Source: a virus (taxonomy: Duplodnaviria > Caudoviricetes). Taken from it: a stretch of DNA of 24,838 nucleotides. Shown here one piece after another: positions 1 to 8,751 of this stretch (position 1 is the stretch's first letter; every line of letters begins with the position of its first letter). The position numbers and the translations under genes were made by a program. Where the stretch lies: positions 1 to 24,838 of the IMG/VR virus record IMGVR_UViG_3300009095_000069. One strand, given 5' to 3'. The notes beneath the pieces were generated by a model. It saw only the letters and a program-made list of their open reading frames with translations. It made no database searches and had not been told where the DNA came from.

Positions 1-23
1 GATTTTGAAAACGCCAAGAAATA

Positions 24-1184
24 ATGTTTGAACCAAGATCATATCAAGTAGAGGCGATTTCAAACGGTATAGAGTTCTTTACCAGCAAACAGGTGAGGAA
101 GTTTAACTCTATCCAAATATTGCCGACCGGTAGCGGTAAATCGGTTGTGATTGCAAATATTGCTAAAGGTCTGGAGGGTAAAACACTTGTTCTGCAACCA
201 TCTAAGGAGATCCTGATTCAGAATGTCCGTAAGTATATGAGCTATGGGTTCCATGCCGGTGTTTATTCGGCATCCGTTGGCCAGAAGCATTTAGAAAAGG
301 TAACGTTTGCAACCATTGGCAGCATAACAAGGAAAATGTATCTATTCATGAACTTTCAAAATGTAATTATTGACGAGTGCCATCTGGTCAACTCACAAGA
401 TGGAATGTACCGGAAGTTCTTTGACTATATGAAGCATGCAAGGTTCCTGGGCCTTACCGCTACTCCATATAGACTTACCACAAGTAGTGAAGGTGCAGAG
501 CTTCGATTCCTAACCAGAACGAGCCCAAGGCTTTTCAATAAGGTAAATTATTTTGTCCAAAATGATATCCTGTTTGAAAAAGGACACCTAGCAAAGTTGG
601 AATATTATTCCTTTAATGTAGTGGATAGAACAATGCTTGATATGAATAGTTCCGGCACCGACTTTACGGAATCTTCTTTAAGAGCCTACTACAGAACCAT
701 TGATATGCCAGGCACAACTATCCACTATGCAAATAGGCTACTTAAAAAGAGAAAGAACCTATTAATATTTTGTTCTCTTATCGATGAGGCAAATAAAGTA
801 GCAAAAGGTATTCCAGGTGCTGTGGTTATTTCGGGAGAAACAGAGGGGAGTTTGCGGGATAGAATAATTAAAGACTTCACGACTGGCAAAATAAAGTGTG
901 TAGTAAATGTTGGAGTGTTAACCACCGGGTTTGATTACCCTGAACTGGAAACAGTTTTAATATCAAGATCAACCATGTCTTTGGCTCTTTATTATCAAAT
1001 TATTGGTAGGGTTATGAGGCCTCATAAATCTAAAGCTTCAGGTTGGGTTGTGGATCTAGGTGGAAATATCGATCTGTTTGGGAAAATTGAAACAATGAGA
1101 ATTAATCAAGATAGCAGGGGGTTGTTTTACATTTCGAATAATGGCCGACAACTTACAAATGTACCTTTTAGGAAAGCAGCTTAA
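24..1184 (+). CDS. SF2 DEAD/DEAH-box helicase (RadD/YejH-like)
   Basis: 386 aa; Q-motif PRSYQ, Walker A LPTGSGKS, DECH, GLTATP, motif V VGVLTTGFDYP, motif VI QIIGRVMR. Confidence 0.9.
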   Translation: MFEPRSYQVEAISNGIEFFTSKQVRKFNSIQILPTGSGKSVVIANIAKGLEGKTLVLQPSKEILIQNVRKYMSYGFHAGVYSASVGQKHLEKVTFATIGSITRKMYLFMNFQNVIIDECHLVNSQDGMYRKFFDYMKHARFLGLTATPYRLTTSSEGAELRFLTRTSPRLFNKVNYFVQNDILFEKGHLAKLEYYSFNVVDRTMLDMNSSGTDFTESSLRAYYRTIDMPGTTIHYANRLLKKRKNLLIFCSLIDEANKVAKGIPGAVVISGETEGSLRDRIIKDFTTGKIKCVVNVGVLTTGFDYPELETVLISRSTMSLALYYQIIGRVMRPHKSKASGWVVDLGGNIDLFGKIETMRINQDSRGLFYISNNGRQLTNVPFRKAA

Positions 1185-1222
1185 AAAGAAGCCCAGCCGG
1201 GTAAGGGCAAAACCGGCAAAAT

Positions 1223-1311
1223 GACCAGGTGGCGGAATTGGTAGACGCATAGGGAACATTGAGGAAATGCCTTGATAAAAATCGTTGCAGGTTCGAATCC
1301 TGCCCTGGTCG
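1223..1311 (+). tRNA. tRNA-like element, Leu-type scaffold with irregular anticodon arm (possible tRNA-Leu(GAG) derivative)
   Basis: Acceptor GACCAGG/CCTGGTC; D region TGGCGGAATTGGTAGACGC; T-arm GCAGG-TTCGAAT-CCTGC; short variable hairpin GAT-AAAA-ATC; TTGAGG present but not in a canonical 5 bp stem/7 nt loop. Confidence 0.7.
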
Positions 1312-1473
1312 CAACCTTTAATAGAGTCCGGACGAAGGTGCTGGATATGGCCTGACAGACACTCGGGATAGGCGCTTAACCGAATTTAAGCAGAAATACA
1401 ATCAGCCGGCACAGGTGGCGCTGTTGTATGGATAGGACTACCACCGGTTGACAGCCTGGAAAGACAGGCACTT
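1312..1473 (+). ncRNA. Putative structured non-coding RNA between the two tRNA-like elements
   Basis: GC-rich relative to flanks; hairpins GCTTAA/TTAAGC (1374-1391), ATACAA-CAGC/GCTG-TTGTAT (1396-1429), GCCTG-GAAAGA-CAGGC (1454-1469). Confidence 0.4.
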
Positions 1474-1562
1474 GGATATATAGCTTTAATAGGAAGAGCA
1501 GTCACACTACCGAGCCATAGCGGGATTTGTGAAAGGTACCAGTTCGAGTCTGGTTATATCCA
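1474..1562 (+). tRNA. tRNA-like element with enlarged anticodon arm (CAT at the tip)
   Basis: Acceptor GGATATA/TATATCC+A; D-arm TAGCTTTAATAGGAAGAGC; T-arm ACCAG-TTCGAGT-CTGGT; stem TCACA/TGTGA encloses 21 nt instead of 7. Confidence 0.65.
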
Positions 1563-1563
1563 C

Positions 1564-1746
1564 ATGAAGGAGGCGATTTTGAAGGAAGACATAAGGAGCA
1601 ACTGTAAGGGCACCGCTCTGTATGGTGGCAAAGGTAGTAAGGTTAAGATTGTCGCCGACCGTGATCCGGTAATGATAGTTGAATTAAAAGGAGAACGATT
1701 CCCGGTTCATGTATCAAAACTTTTACTTCAAAACTTTGAAAATTAA
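1564..1746 (+). CDS. Small hypothetical protein (SH3/KOW-like beta pattern)
   Basis: 60 aa ORF in gene-dense + strand context; GSKVKIV...MIVELKGERFPV. Confidence 0.55.
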   Translation: MKEAILKEDIRSNCKGTALYGGKGSKVKIVADRDPVMIVELKGERFPVHVSKLLLQNFEN

Positions 1747-1791
1747 TTTAATGAATCAGTAAATATTTTAATATTTAATTACAAACTACCA

Positions 1792-1995
1792 ATGATACAA
1801 GAATATGCAAAACAAGATTTGGAAAAGAGGTATGCCACCCTAATTGAAATGGTACGCAGGATGCGAGGCTACCAACGAGCTTATCATATGTATCACGCAG
1901 GTGAAGACCTAAGGACTAAAAAGCGATACGAAAAGAAAGTAGATAGCATCATTGCTGAGTATGTAAAAAATTCAAAACAACAGGAATTATTTTAA
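1792..1995 (+). CDS. Hypothetical phage protein ending QQELF
   Basis: 67 aa; A-rich leader; 3 nt before the next gene. Confidence 0.7.
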   Translation: MIQEYAKQDLEKRYATLIEMVRRMRGYQRAYHMYHAGEDLRTKKRYEKKVDSIIAEYVKNSKQQELF

Positions 1996-1998
1996 GAT

Positions 1999-2799
1999 AT
2001 GCCAAACAGAATACTAAGAGACTGGACCGATAGCTTCATTATAGATGACCTTGATGTTCATACCGAAAGGTTTTTTGTACGGTTGATTATGAAAGTTGAC
2101 GATTATGGTTGTTTCTATGCTGATTCAAGATTGCTGAAAGCAAATTTATTTCCACTAAAACCCGACATAAGAGAAACCGATGTATCCCGATGGATTGCTG
2201 CGTGTGAAAAATCCGGACTAATCGTTACATACATGGTCGCGAACAAGTGGTTTTTGCAGATCACCAATTTTAAGCAAGTGCTGAGACAGAAAAATAAGAA
2301 ATTCCCTTTACCAGAAGACGTTTCAGGCGAATGCAATACATCTGCTAAGCAGATGCTAAGCAAACGACAAGCATCTGCTTCCTTGAATAGAATAGAAGTA
2401 GAAACAGAAGTAGAAACAGAAAAGAAAGTGAAGGGCGAAAAATCGCCTACACACACACAGGATGAAATTCATTCTTTTCAAAAGTTTCAAATATGGGTAG
2501 AAGCAAATGCTCCACGGGTGAATAAAATGAAACAGCCATTAACGATTGATCAGTTCTTAAAAGTTAAAAAAGAATATCACATAGATGTGATCATGGAAGT
2601 TTTAATGGCCATGCAGAACAGGGGCGATCTTTTGAAAAAGTATGTTTCGGCAAACCTAACATTGAATAACTGGTGTAAAAATCAAAAAGCAGTAACACGT
2701 GAACAGACAACAGAGCCAACAGAAACCCGGAGGCTCGTTCGAAAGAGCGAAGTCGAATCAAGAAATTCAACAGGCAATATTCGGGAGGGTACCACCTAA
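1999..2799 (+). CDS. Phage replication initiator / replisome organizer
   Basis: N-terminus MPNRIL...FFVRLIMKVDDYG...LLKANLFP typical of phage initiators; low-complexity linker with DNA repeats; directly upstream of DnaB. Confidence 0.75.
   Translation: MPNRILRDWTDSFIIDDLDVHTERFFVRLIMKVDDYGCFYADSRLLKANLFPLKPDIRETDVSRWIAACEKSGLIVTYMVANKWFLQITNFKQVLRQKNKKFPLPEDVSGECNTSAKQMLSKRQASASLNRIEVETEVETEKKVKGEKSPTHTQDEIHSFQKFQIWVEANAPRVNKMKQPLTIDQFLKVKKEYHIDVIMEVLMAMQNRGDLLKKYVSANLTLNNWCKNQKAVTREQTTEPTETRRLVRKSEVESRNSTGNIREGTT
2339..2427. repeat. Iteron-like repeats inside the initiator gene (candidate origin)
   Basis: CATCTGCT-A-AGCAGATG inverted repeat; AAGCA at 2347/2358/2369 (11 bp period); AGAAGTAGAAAC x2 (2394-2417) then a purine-rich tract. 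Confidence 0.5.
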
Positions 2800-4225
2800 T
2801 GCAGTTGATTTAGAAGCTGCAATTCTAGGAGCCATGCTGTTGGAAAATAGCAAAGTGGATGATGTTTTAGACATAATTCCAGATGAAAATTGTTTTTACA
2901 ATGAGGCCCATAAGCTTGTTTTTAAGGCAATACAGGCCATATTTTCAGCCGGGGGTAATGTTGATATGCTTACCGTTACAAATGAGCTAGATCGGTTGAA
3001 TTTGCTGGTAAACGTGGGTGGAGCTCAATTCATTGCATCACTAACCCTGAAGGTTTTATCTACTGCTCATGTGGAGGCCCATGCCCGGATCGTGATGGAG
3101 AAATTTATCGCAAGGGAGGTAATAAGGCAATGCTCTGAATTAATTGGCTCAGCTTATGATGGGAGAGATGCTTTCGAGCTTGTAGAGGAGATTGGCGAGT
3201 TCGCAATCAGCATGACAGACAACCTGGTTAAACGAAACTATGAGCATGTTTCTGTACCGATGGAGGAAATGCTTGCCGAGGTCTTGGAAATGAGTCAAGT
3301 TCCTGAAGGAGTATCAGGTGTACCAGCTGGATTTAAAGACTTAGATAAAGTTTCAGGAGGTTTTTCAAATACTGATTTAATCATACTTGCAGCTAGGCCA
3401 TCAGTTGGGAAAACAGCATTTGCATTAAACATAGCATTAGGCGCGATTGCCAACGACCAAAAGCAAACTACTGTAGGAATTTTCTCCCTTGAAATGAGTT
3501 CAAAACAACTGCTGCAGCGGATTACATCAAATGTTAGTGGGATTGAATTTAGGGCAATAAGAACTGGGAAAATGCAACCCGATGAGTTAGAAAGGGTTTT
3601 TGATTCAGGGGCAATGATTAAGAAAATGCCTCTTTATATTGATGACACAGCTGGGCTTACGATTATTCAATTAAGATCAAAAGCCCGGAAAATGAAAATC
3701 AAACATGGAGTAGGATTAATCATAATCGATTATCTACAACTGATGCACGGTGGCCCAGGTAGTAAAGGGAATCGAGAGCAAGAAATCAGCCAAATTTCAA
3801 GAGGTCTAAAAGGATTGGCTAAGGAGTTAAACATTCCAATCATTGCCCTTTCACAATTATCGAGAGCGGTAGAATCTCGGTCAGATAACCAACCTAAGCT
3901 AAGTGACTTAAGAGAATCGGGCGCTATTGAACAGGATGCAGATTCAGTGTATTTCCTCTATGCAAATAGCAAGGAAGAATTGAAAAGCAACCCTTACAAA
4001 TTCAAGGAGCGGCATTTAAAATTGGCAAAGCATAGGAATGGCAGTCTTGCAGATTTTGTATTTGACTTTAATGGGGCCTATCAGCGATTCGAGAAATGCG
4101 AATTAGCAGTAATGGATATTGAATATGAAAACAACGGATTTAAAATGCTCGGCAGTAACCAAGGATTTGGAGCAATCGGAAATGCAGGTGTATCGTCAGA
4201 AGAAGGCGAAGGGTTCCCGTTCTGA
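2699..4225 (+). CDS. dnaB: Replicative DNA helicase DnaB
   Basis: PPNAVDLEAAILGAMLL, AARPSVGKTAF, FSLEMS, IIDYLQL, LSQLSRAVESR, LSDLRESGAIEQDAD, AKHRNG; GTG start uncertain. Confidence 0.97.
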   Translation: MNRQQSQQKPGGSFERAKSNQEIQQAIFGRVPPNAVDLEAAILGAMLLENSKVDDVLDIIPDENCFYNEAHKLVFKAIQAIFSAGGNVDMLTVTNELDRLNLLVNVGGAQFIASLTLKVLSTAHVEAHARIVMEKFIAREVIRQCSELIGSAYDGRDAFELVEEIGEFAISMTDNLVKRNYEHVSVPMEEMLAEVLEMSQVPEGVSGVPAGFKDLDKVSGGFSNTDLIILAARPSVGKTAFALNIALGAIANDQKQTTVGIFSLEMSSKQLLQRITSNVSGIEFRAIRTGKMQPDELERVFDSGAMIKKMPLYIDDTAGLTIIQLRSKARKMKIKHGVGLIIIDYLQLMHGGPGSKGNREQEISQISRGLKGLAKELNIPIIALSQLSRAVESRSDNQPKLSDLRESGAIEQDADSVYFLYANSKEELKSNPYKFKERHLKLAKHRNGSLADFVFDFNGAYQRFEKCELAVMDIEYENNGFKMLGSNQGFGAIGNAGVSSEEGEGFPF

Positions 4226-4433
4226 TTCGGATTATAGACTGGAAATTCATCACAATGGCGGTCATGTAACGCACGTGAATCTTGAATTCGAAGAAATGAA
4301 TCTATACCATCCTTTCAGGAGAATAGGATACATCCGGGAAGAAATTAAAGAGCTGTTAGAGCATGTTCCTGATCAGTTAGAAAATGGAAGTGAAATTTTT
4401 TTAGTGATAAAATCAAAAGCAAATGTGGACTGA
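4119..4433 (+). CDS. Hypothetical protein (start uncertain, overlaps dnaB end)
   Basis: Fills the 4226-4422 gap; overlaps the next start. Confidence 0.5.
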   Translation: MNMKTTDLKCSAVTKDLEQSEMQVYRQKKAKGSRSDSDYRLEIHHNGGHVTHVNLEFEEMNLYHPFRRIGYIREEIKELLEHVPDQLENGSEIFLVIKSKANVD

Positions 4434-4857
4434 GGCAATGTTGAAAAGGAAATTGAAGGAGGGGAAAATTCAGCATTATAAGATTCTAACAAAGGAATCA
4501 AAAGTGCCAAAACCCAAAGAGGAAGCTAAAGCAGTCAAGGAAATCAGGGCGATGCTATTGCCCTTTCAAGACGTTTTAAAGTATAAAGTGGAGGAGGAAT
4601 TTAAATTTCACCCAGAACGTAAATGGAGGTTTGATTTCGCAATCCCGGAACTAAAAGCAGCCATTGAATACGAAGGATTAAACTCAAAAAAAAGCCGGCA
4701 TACAACCTTAAAAGGTTATTCCGGAGATTCTACAAAATACAACGAAGCGCAACGATTGGGGTGGGTGGTACTTCGGTACACAGCTATTACCTATAAAAAT
4801 GTAGCTGTTGATTTAAAAAATATTATTCATTCAAAAATTAAAAACCAAATAACATGA
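4423..4857 (+). CDS. PD-(D/E)XK endonuclease, DUF559/Vsr-like
   Basis: EFKFHPERKWRFDFA...AIEYEG...RH...KYNEAQRLGWVVLRYT. Confidence 0.8.
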   Translation: MWTEAMLKRKLKEGKIQHYKILTKESKVPKPKEEAKAVKEIRAMLLPFQDVLKYKVEEEFKFHPERKWRFDFAIPELKAAIEYEGLNSKKSRHTTLKGYSGDSTKYNEAQRLGWVVLRYTAITYKNVAVDLKNIIHSKIKNQIT

Positions 4858-5246
4858 AAACAGACACGATTCAAGACCCGGAAACAGAATTAGCACCAAT
4901 GGAAACTCTTACACAGGAGGAGAAATTTTACAACAATCTACGGGAAGTAATTTTTGAGACTACAGGTTTAATGCTTCCTGAAGTAGGAACCAGGAAGTCA
5001 AAGAAGATTGAAAAAATAATTACCGATTTCTCGGAGATTCAGTTTAAAACTGCAAAGCTTCTGGTTCAGCCAAAAATAATTAATGAAGAAGAGTTGATCC
5101 GTAATTCATCCAAACATGCATCTTCTCGTCCATTTGTTTCGGCATTAAGTCAGATTATGGAAGGCATGCACAAAAGAAGTATCGCTGGGATCTGCTCAGA
5201 CCTTAATTACCTGTACCGGATTGTAAAAGAAAGGGATACCAAATAG
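4854..5246 (+). CDS. Hypothetical protein
   Basis: 130 aa; ATGA overlap with the upstream gene. Confidence 0.7.
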   Translation: MKTDTIQDPETELAPMETLTQEEKFYNNLREVIFETTGLMLPEVGTRKSKKIEKIITDFSEIQFKTAKLLVQPKIINEEELIRNSSKHASSRPFVSALSQIMEGMHKRSIAGICSDLNYLYRIVKERDTK

Positions 5247-5285
5247 GAGGGGAAAACAAATTAAAAAAATCAAAAACATCATTTT

Positions 5286-5711
5286 ATGGAAGGCACAGAA
5301 CAATTTAAAACAGTAATTGAAAACCATCTAAATGGGTTAGCTGCCCGCGACCAATTATTTGCCAAAACACTTCAAAAAGAAAATAAAACAATTGAGGAAT
5401 GCCTCAATTATATTTTATCAACAGTGAAAAGCACAGGCAAAAACGGATTCACCGATTCCGAAATATTTGGGATGGCAGTTCATTATTACGATGAGGATTC
5501 TATTAAGGATGTGGAAGAGGTAAACGACGCTGGCCACATTGTAGTAAATCAGGATATAGAGTTATCTGAAGAGGAGAAGGATGCCATAAAGGCAAAGGCA
5601 ATTGTGTCACTGATTGAAGAGGAACGAAAGAAGTTGTTGAACAAAAAAACAAATATTTCAAAGAAGAAAAGCCAAGCATCAGAAACTACAGTAGGAACCT
5701 TATTCGATTAA
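5286..5711 (+). CDS. PcfK-like protein (AcrIIA9 anti-CRISPR family)
   Basis: MEGTEQFKTVIENHL...DQLFA...KENKTIEECLNYIL...GFTDSEIFGMAVHYYDED...VVNQDIELSEEEK...TLFD; adjacent to PcfJ. Confidence 0.85.
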   Translation: MEGTEQFKTVIENHLNGLAARDQLFAKTLQKENKTIEECLNYILSTVKSTGKNGFTDSEIFGMAVHYYDEDSIKDVEEVNDAGHIVVNQDIELSEEEKDAIKAKAIVSLIEEERKKLLNKKTNISKKKSQASETTVGTLFD

Positions 5712-5714
5712 ATT

Positions 5715-6998
5715 ATGAAACCAAGAACAATACTTCAAAGACGGGTTCATGATTTAAGTTTCAGGATCCCTAACATCCCTAAAAGTTTTCAAGAATGGGG
5801 GGAGTTTAAAAGCATAGGCCATTTTGGGTATGCAACTAAGAATAGAGTTGTTTGCATGGATTGTGGCAACTTATTTTCACCAAGCCTAGTTAGCCGTAAA
5901 CGAGCTACTTGTCCTCATTGTGAAACGAAACTAACTATACAGGTTACAAAGAAAACAACCTTAAAACAAGAGTCAATTTTTGCTGTTGCTGAAATTGTAG
6001 AAGAGTTTCAGGTTATTCGTCACTTCCTGGTTCGCACATCACATAAGATGGGAAGAGCTGCCAAAGTTTTCAGCACAGGAGTTATAGAAATTTGGGTTAC
6101 CCCAGATGGTAAATTTGAATTTATTGGCAACAATAGGACTACCGGTTGGTATTCTGATAGTTGGAATGGGGGATGGGAAATCCGTAATAAAAACCATGAA
6201 GATAAATTTGACATAGTCCCTGATTTGTGGCATCCAAAGTCCGTATTCAAGCCGGAATACCTTAAATACGGAATTGATTACAGGTTGAAAACTATTGGAT
6301 TTTTAGAGGCAATAAAATTGGTGCCCAATTGCTCAAAAGCTGAAACATTAATAAAAGCAAGAAGGTATGATCTGTTGTTTAGACCAAGAAGTCTATCAGA
6401 AGACCTTTGTTACAGGCATTGGCCTACAATCAAAATAGCTCTAAGGAATAATTACAGGCCCAAGGATGTTGGAATCTGGTTTGATTATCTCAACATGTTA
6501 TGGTTTTTCAACAAAGACCTAAGAAATGCAGTTTATGTATGTCCAAAAAACCTAAAAAAGGAACATGACCGGTATGTAAAAAAGAAACGACAGTATGAAC
6601 GTCGGATGGATGAATTAAAAAGAAGGAATAGGATTGAATCAGCCCAAGAAAGTTATGGCCAGCGCATAAAACAATTTTCGGGAATCATCTTTTCGGATGG
6701 GAAAATTACAATTAAAGTGCTAGAACATGTAAAGGAATTCGAGATTGAAGGTGATACCCTAAACCACTGTGTTTTTACAAGCGAATATTATGAAAGAGAA
6801 GATTCCCTGATTTTTTCAGCGAGGATTAATGATGAACCAATAGAAACTATAGAGTTTTCATTAACTGAAATGGTAGTCATGCAATCCAGAGGATACCACA
6901 ACGAACCAAGTGATTACCATCATCAGATACTTAAATTATTTACTAAAAATATTTCCAAAATAGCAGCTAGGATGGAGCGTGAAGCATCGGTGGCCTAG
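5715..6998 (+). CDS. PcfJ-like protein
   Basis: CxxC..CPxC zinc finger; WFDYLNML...CPKNLKKEHD; EGDTLNHCV...IETIEF...QSRG..N. Confidence 0.85.
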   Translation: MKPRTILQRRVHDLSFRIPNIPKSFQEWGEFKSIGHFGYATKNRVVCMDCGNLFSPSLVSRKRATCPHCETKLTIQVTKKTTLKQESIFAVAEIVEEFQVIRHFLVRTSHKMGRAAKVFSTGVIEIWVTPDGKFEFIGNNRTTGWYSDSWNGGWEIRNKNHEDKFDIVPDLWHPKSVFKPEYLKYGIDYRLKTIGFLEAIKLVPNCSKAETLIKARRYDLLFRPRSLSEDLCYRHWPTIKIALRNNYRPKDVGIWFDYLNMLWFFNKDLRNAVYVCPKNLKKEHDRYVKKKRQYERRMDELKRRNRIESAQESYGQRIKQFSGIIFSDGKITIKVLEHVKEFEIEGDTLNHCVFTSEYYEREDSLIFSARINDEPIETIEFSLTEMVVMQSRGYHNEPSDYHHQILKLFTKNISKIAARMEREASVA

Positions 6999-7040
6999 AG
7001 GCAAATCAAATTATTTATTAACGAATTAAAATCTCAATCA

Positions 7041-7523
7041 ATGAGGATATTCACAATCGAAGAATTTAGACAGAACATGGTTATAATAGAAAACAATGGC
7101 AATCTGGAAAGATTAAGGAAAATTTTGTTTGAAGCATTTCCCGAAGAAAATAATGAGGCCGTTGGAGGTGCTCGGTTTTATCAAGCAAATGGACCTACCT
7201 GGCATGCACTTGCGTTTAATTACCTAGGCTTACCCACCCAATCTGAAGAGCTATTTGTACTAAAAGAAGAGGCTGAACAAAAATATAATGACCTAGATAC
7301 ACTAAAGCTGAACGCAGAAAAAAGAAGCCGACTAGAATTATTGCACTACATGTTTAAACGATTTATGGACAATGTAGAAGAGCTTGATGTTAATACAGCA
7401 ATCATTTTTACCACGCCCATGGTTGACGCACTTCTTATGGCAACCCACCAGCTTGAAACCAATATAGCTACCAAAGCTATTGCCGAATTAAAAATTAAAC
7501 CTTTAAAAGATAATTCAAAATGA
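7041..7523 (+). CDS. Hypothetical protein
   Basis: 160 aa ORF, coupled to the next gene. Confidence 0.7.
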   Translation: MRIFTIEEFRQNMVIIENNGNLERLRKILFEAFPEENNEAVGGARFYQANGPTWHALAFNYLGLPTQSEELFVLKEEAEQKYNDLDTLKLNAEKRSRLELLHYMFKRFMDNVEELDVNTAIIFTTPMVDALLMATHQLETNIATKAIAELKIKPLKDNSK

Positions 7524-7909
7524 AAATAGAACTGAAGCACATTGCACCTTACTTGCCTTATGGGTTTCGAATTTTCTTAGGTGCCGATGAAATTAAAGAA
7601 GTAATTGGAATAAGAGATTGGATTGGTTGGGGTGTTATTGTAAAAGCCAAATTCGGAACTGTTGATGTTCCATTAGAAGCAGCAAGGCCAATCCTAAAAC
7701 CTTTATCAGATTACAAGGACATAAACAGTTTTGGGATGTCTAACCTAAACATTGATTTAGAAACTCAGATGGAAATATGCGAATTAGCAAATAAGAAAAT
7801 AGTATTCAATTCTATGTCGTATGAAGCAGCTCAGGTTTGTTTTGAAAACCACATAGACATTTTCGGACTAATAGACAATGACTTAGCAGTTGATTTTCAC
7901 ACACTATAA
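7520..7909 (+). CDS. Bacteroidota phage hypothetical protein (LAPYLPY...PILKPLSD type)
   Basis: IAPYLPYG, RPILKPLSD, HIDIFGLI motifs. Confidence 0.75.
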   Translation: MKIELKHIAPYLPYGFRIFLGADEIKEVIGIRDWIGWGVIVKAKFGTVDVPLEAARPILKPLSDYKDINSFGMSNLNIDLETQMEICELANKKIVFNSMSYEAAQVCFENHIDIFGLIDNDLAVDFHTL

Positions 7910-7926
7910 ACTTCTAAAACCATGAA

Positions 7927-8352
7927 ATGATTGATATGGAAACAAAACTTCAACATAGCACTAATGTTCATTCGGAGCATGTCGCCCCGCCTGACGCAAA
8001 ACCCATGTTATGTGCCGTTTGTAATTCGGATGAGTTGCCTTTGTCCGAATTAGAGGGTTACGAGGGTTTGTGTTTGGGGTGTGAATGTAATAAAATGAAT
8101 GAAAAATTAGAGGAAAAATGGAGCAAAGAATTAGCTATTTACGAAAAAAGAACTGGTCAAAAACTTGACTTCAATGAGTTCTATAACGAATGTGAAAAAG
8201 GCAATGTAGATAAGGCTAATTTGAAGCGGTTACCTGAGTTGAAATCTTGTTACGAAGATGCAATGATGAATATTGCATTCTATGAGCAGGAATATTGGCA
8301 AGGGCAACAATTAGAACTCAAATTTTATGGAGTATATGATTTACCATTTTAG
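7927..8352 (+). CDS. Hypothetical cassette-like gene (CxxC pair, ends DLPF)
   Basis: 141 aa; N-terminus reads through an attC-like right arm (PPDAKPMLCAV). Confidence 0.7.
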   Translation: MIDMETKLQHSTNVHSEHVAPPDAKPMLCAVCNSDELPLSELEGYEGLCLGCECNKMNEKLEEKWSKELAIYEKRTGQKLDFNEFYNECEKGNVDKANLKRLPELKSCYEDAMMNIAFYEQEYWQGQQLELKFYGVYDLPF

Positions 8353-8413
8353 GGTTGCTCAAATGGCACCCAACTCGCAGATTGACCCAACTCTTAACCT
8401 TAAAAACTTTGAA

Positions 8414-8707
8414 ATGGAAAATAAAAATTCAATAAACCACGAAAACGGCAATGACGGTAACAGCTTGATAGCGCCTGCGGTTGAACCCTTTCTGCCGCTT
8501 GCGTTAGGTCTAACGTACAAAACAAGGGGTGGGGATAAGGTCACGATTAAAGACCTTGATTATTACTATTCAATGCCATTTTTTGGAGATATAGTTACAA
8601 AAGAAAACAAGCATATAGTAGTTGCTTCATTCAATGCTGCTGGCCAGTATAAAGCCGGTGAACAATCGCAGTTTGATATTGTCGGACTGTGGAATGAACG
8701 ACCGTAG
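8414..8707 (+). CDS. Hypothetical cassette-like gene
   Basis: ATG at 8414 after an A/T-rich leader; YKTRGGDKV...DIV motif; the longer 8327 start overlaps the upstream gene. Confidence 0.65.
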   Translation: MENKNSINHENGNDGNSLIAPAVEPFLPLALGLTYKTRGGDKVTIKDLDYYYSMPFFGDIVTKENKHIVVASFNAAGQYKAGEQSQFDIVGLWNERP

Positions 8708-8751
8708 TAGCAGCTAATTATATAATTGACCACCCTTTTAAACAACTCAAC

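Noticed and set aside
1182-1260. Stop-codon readthrough of the helicase stimulated by the pseudoknot
   Set aside because: The helicase looks complete and an extension would run into the tRNA-like element; no supporting evidence.
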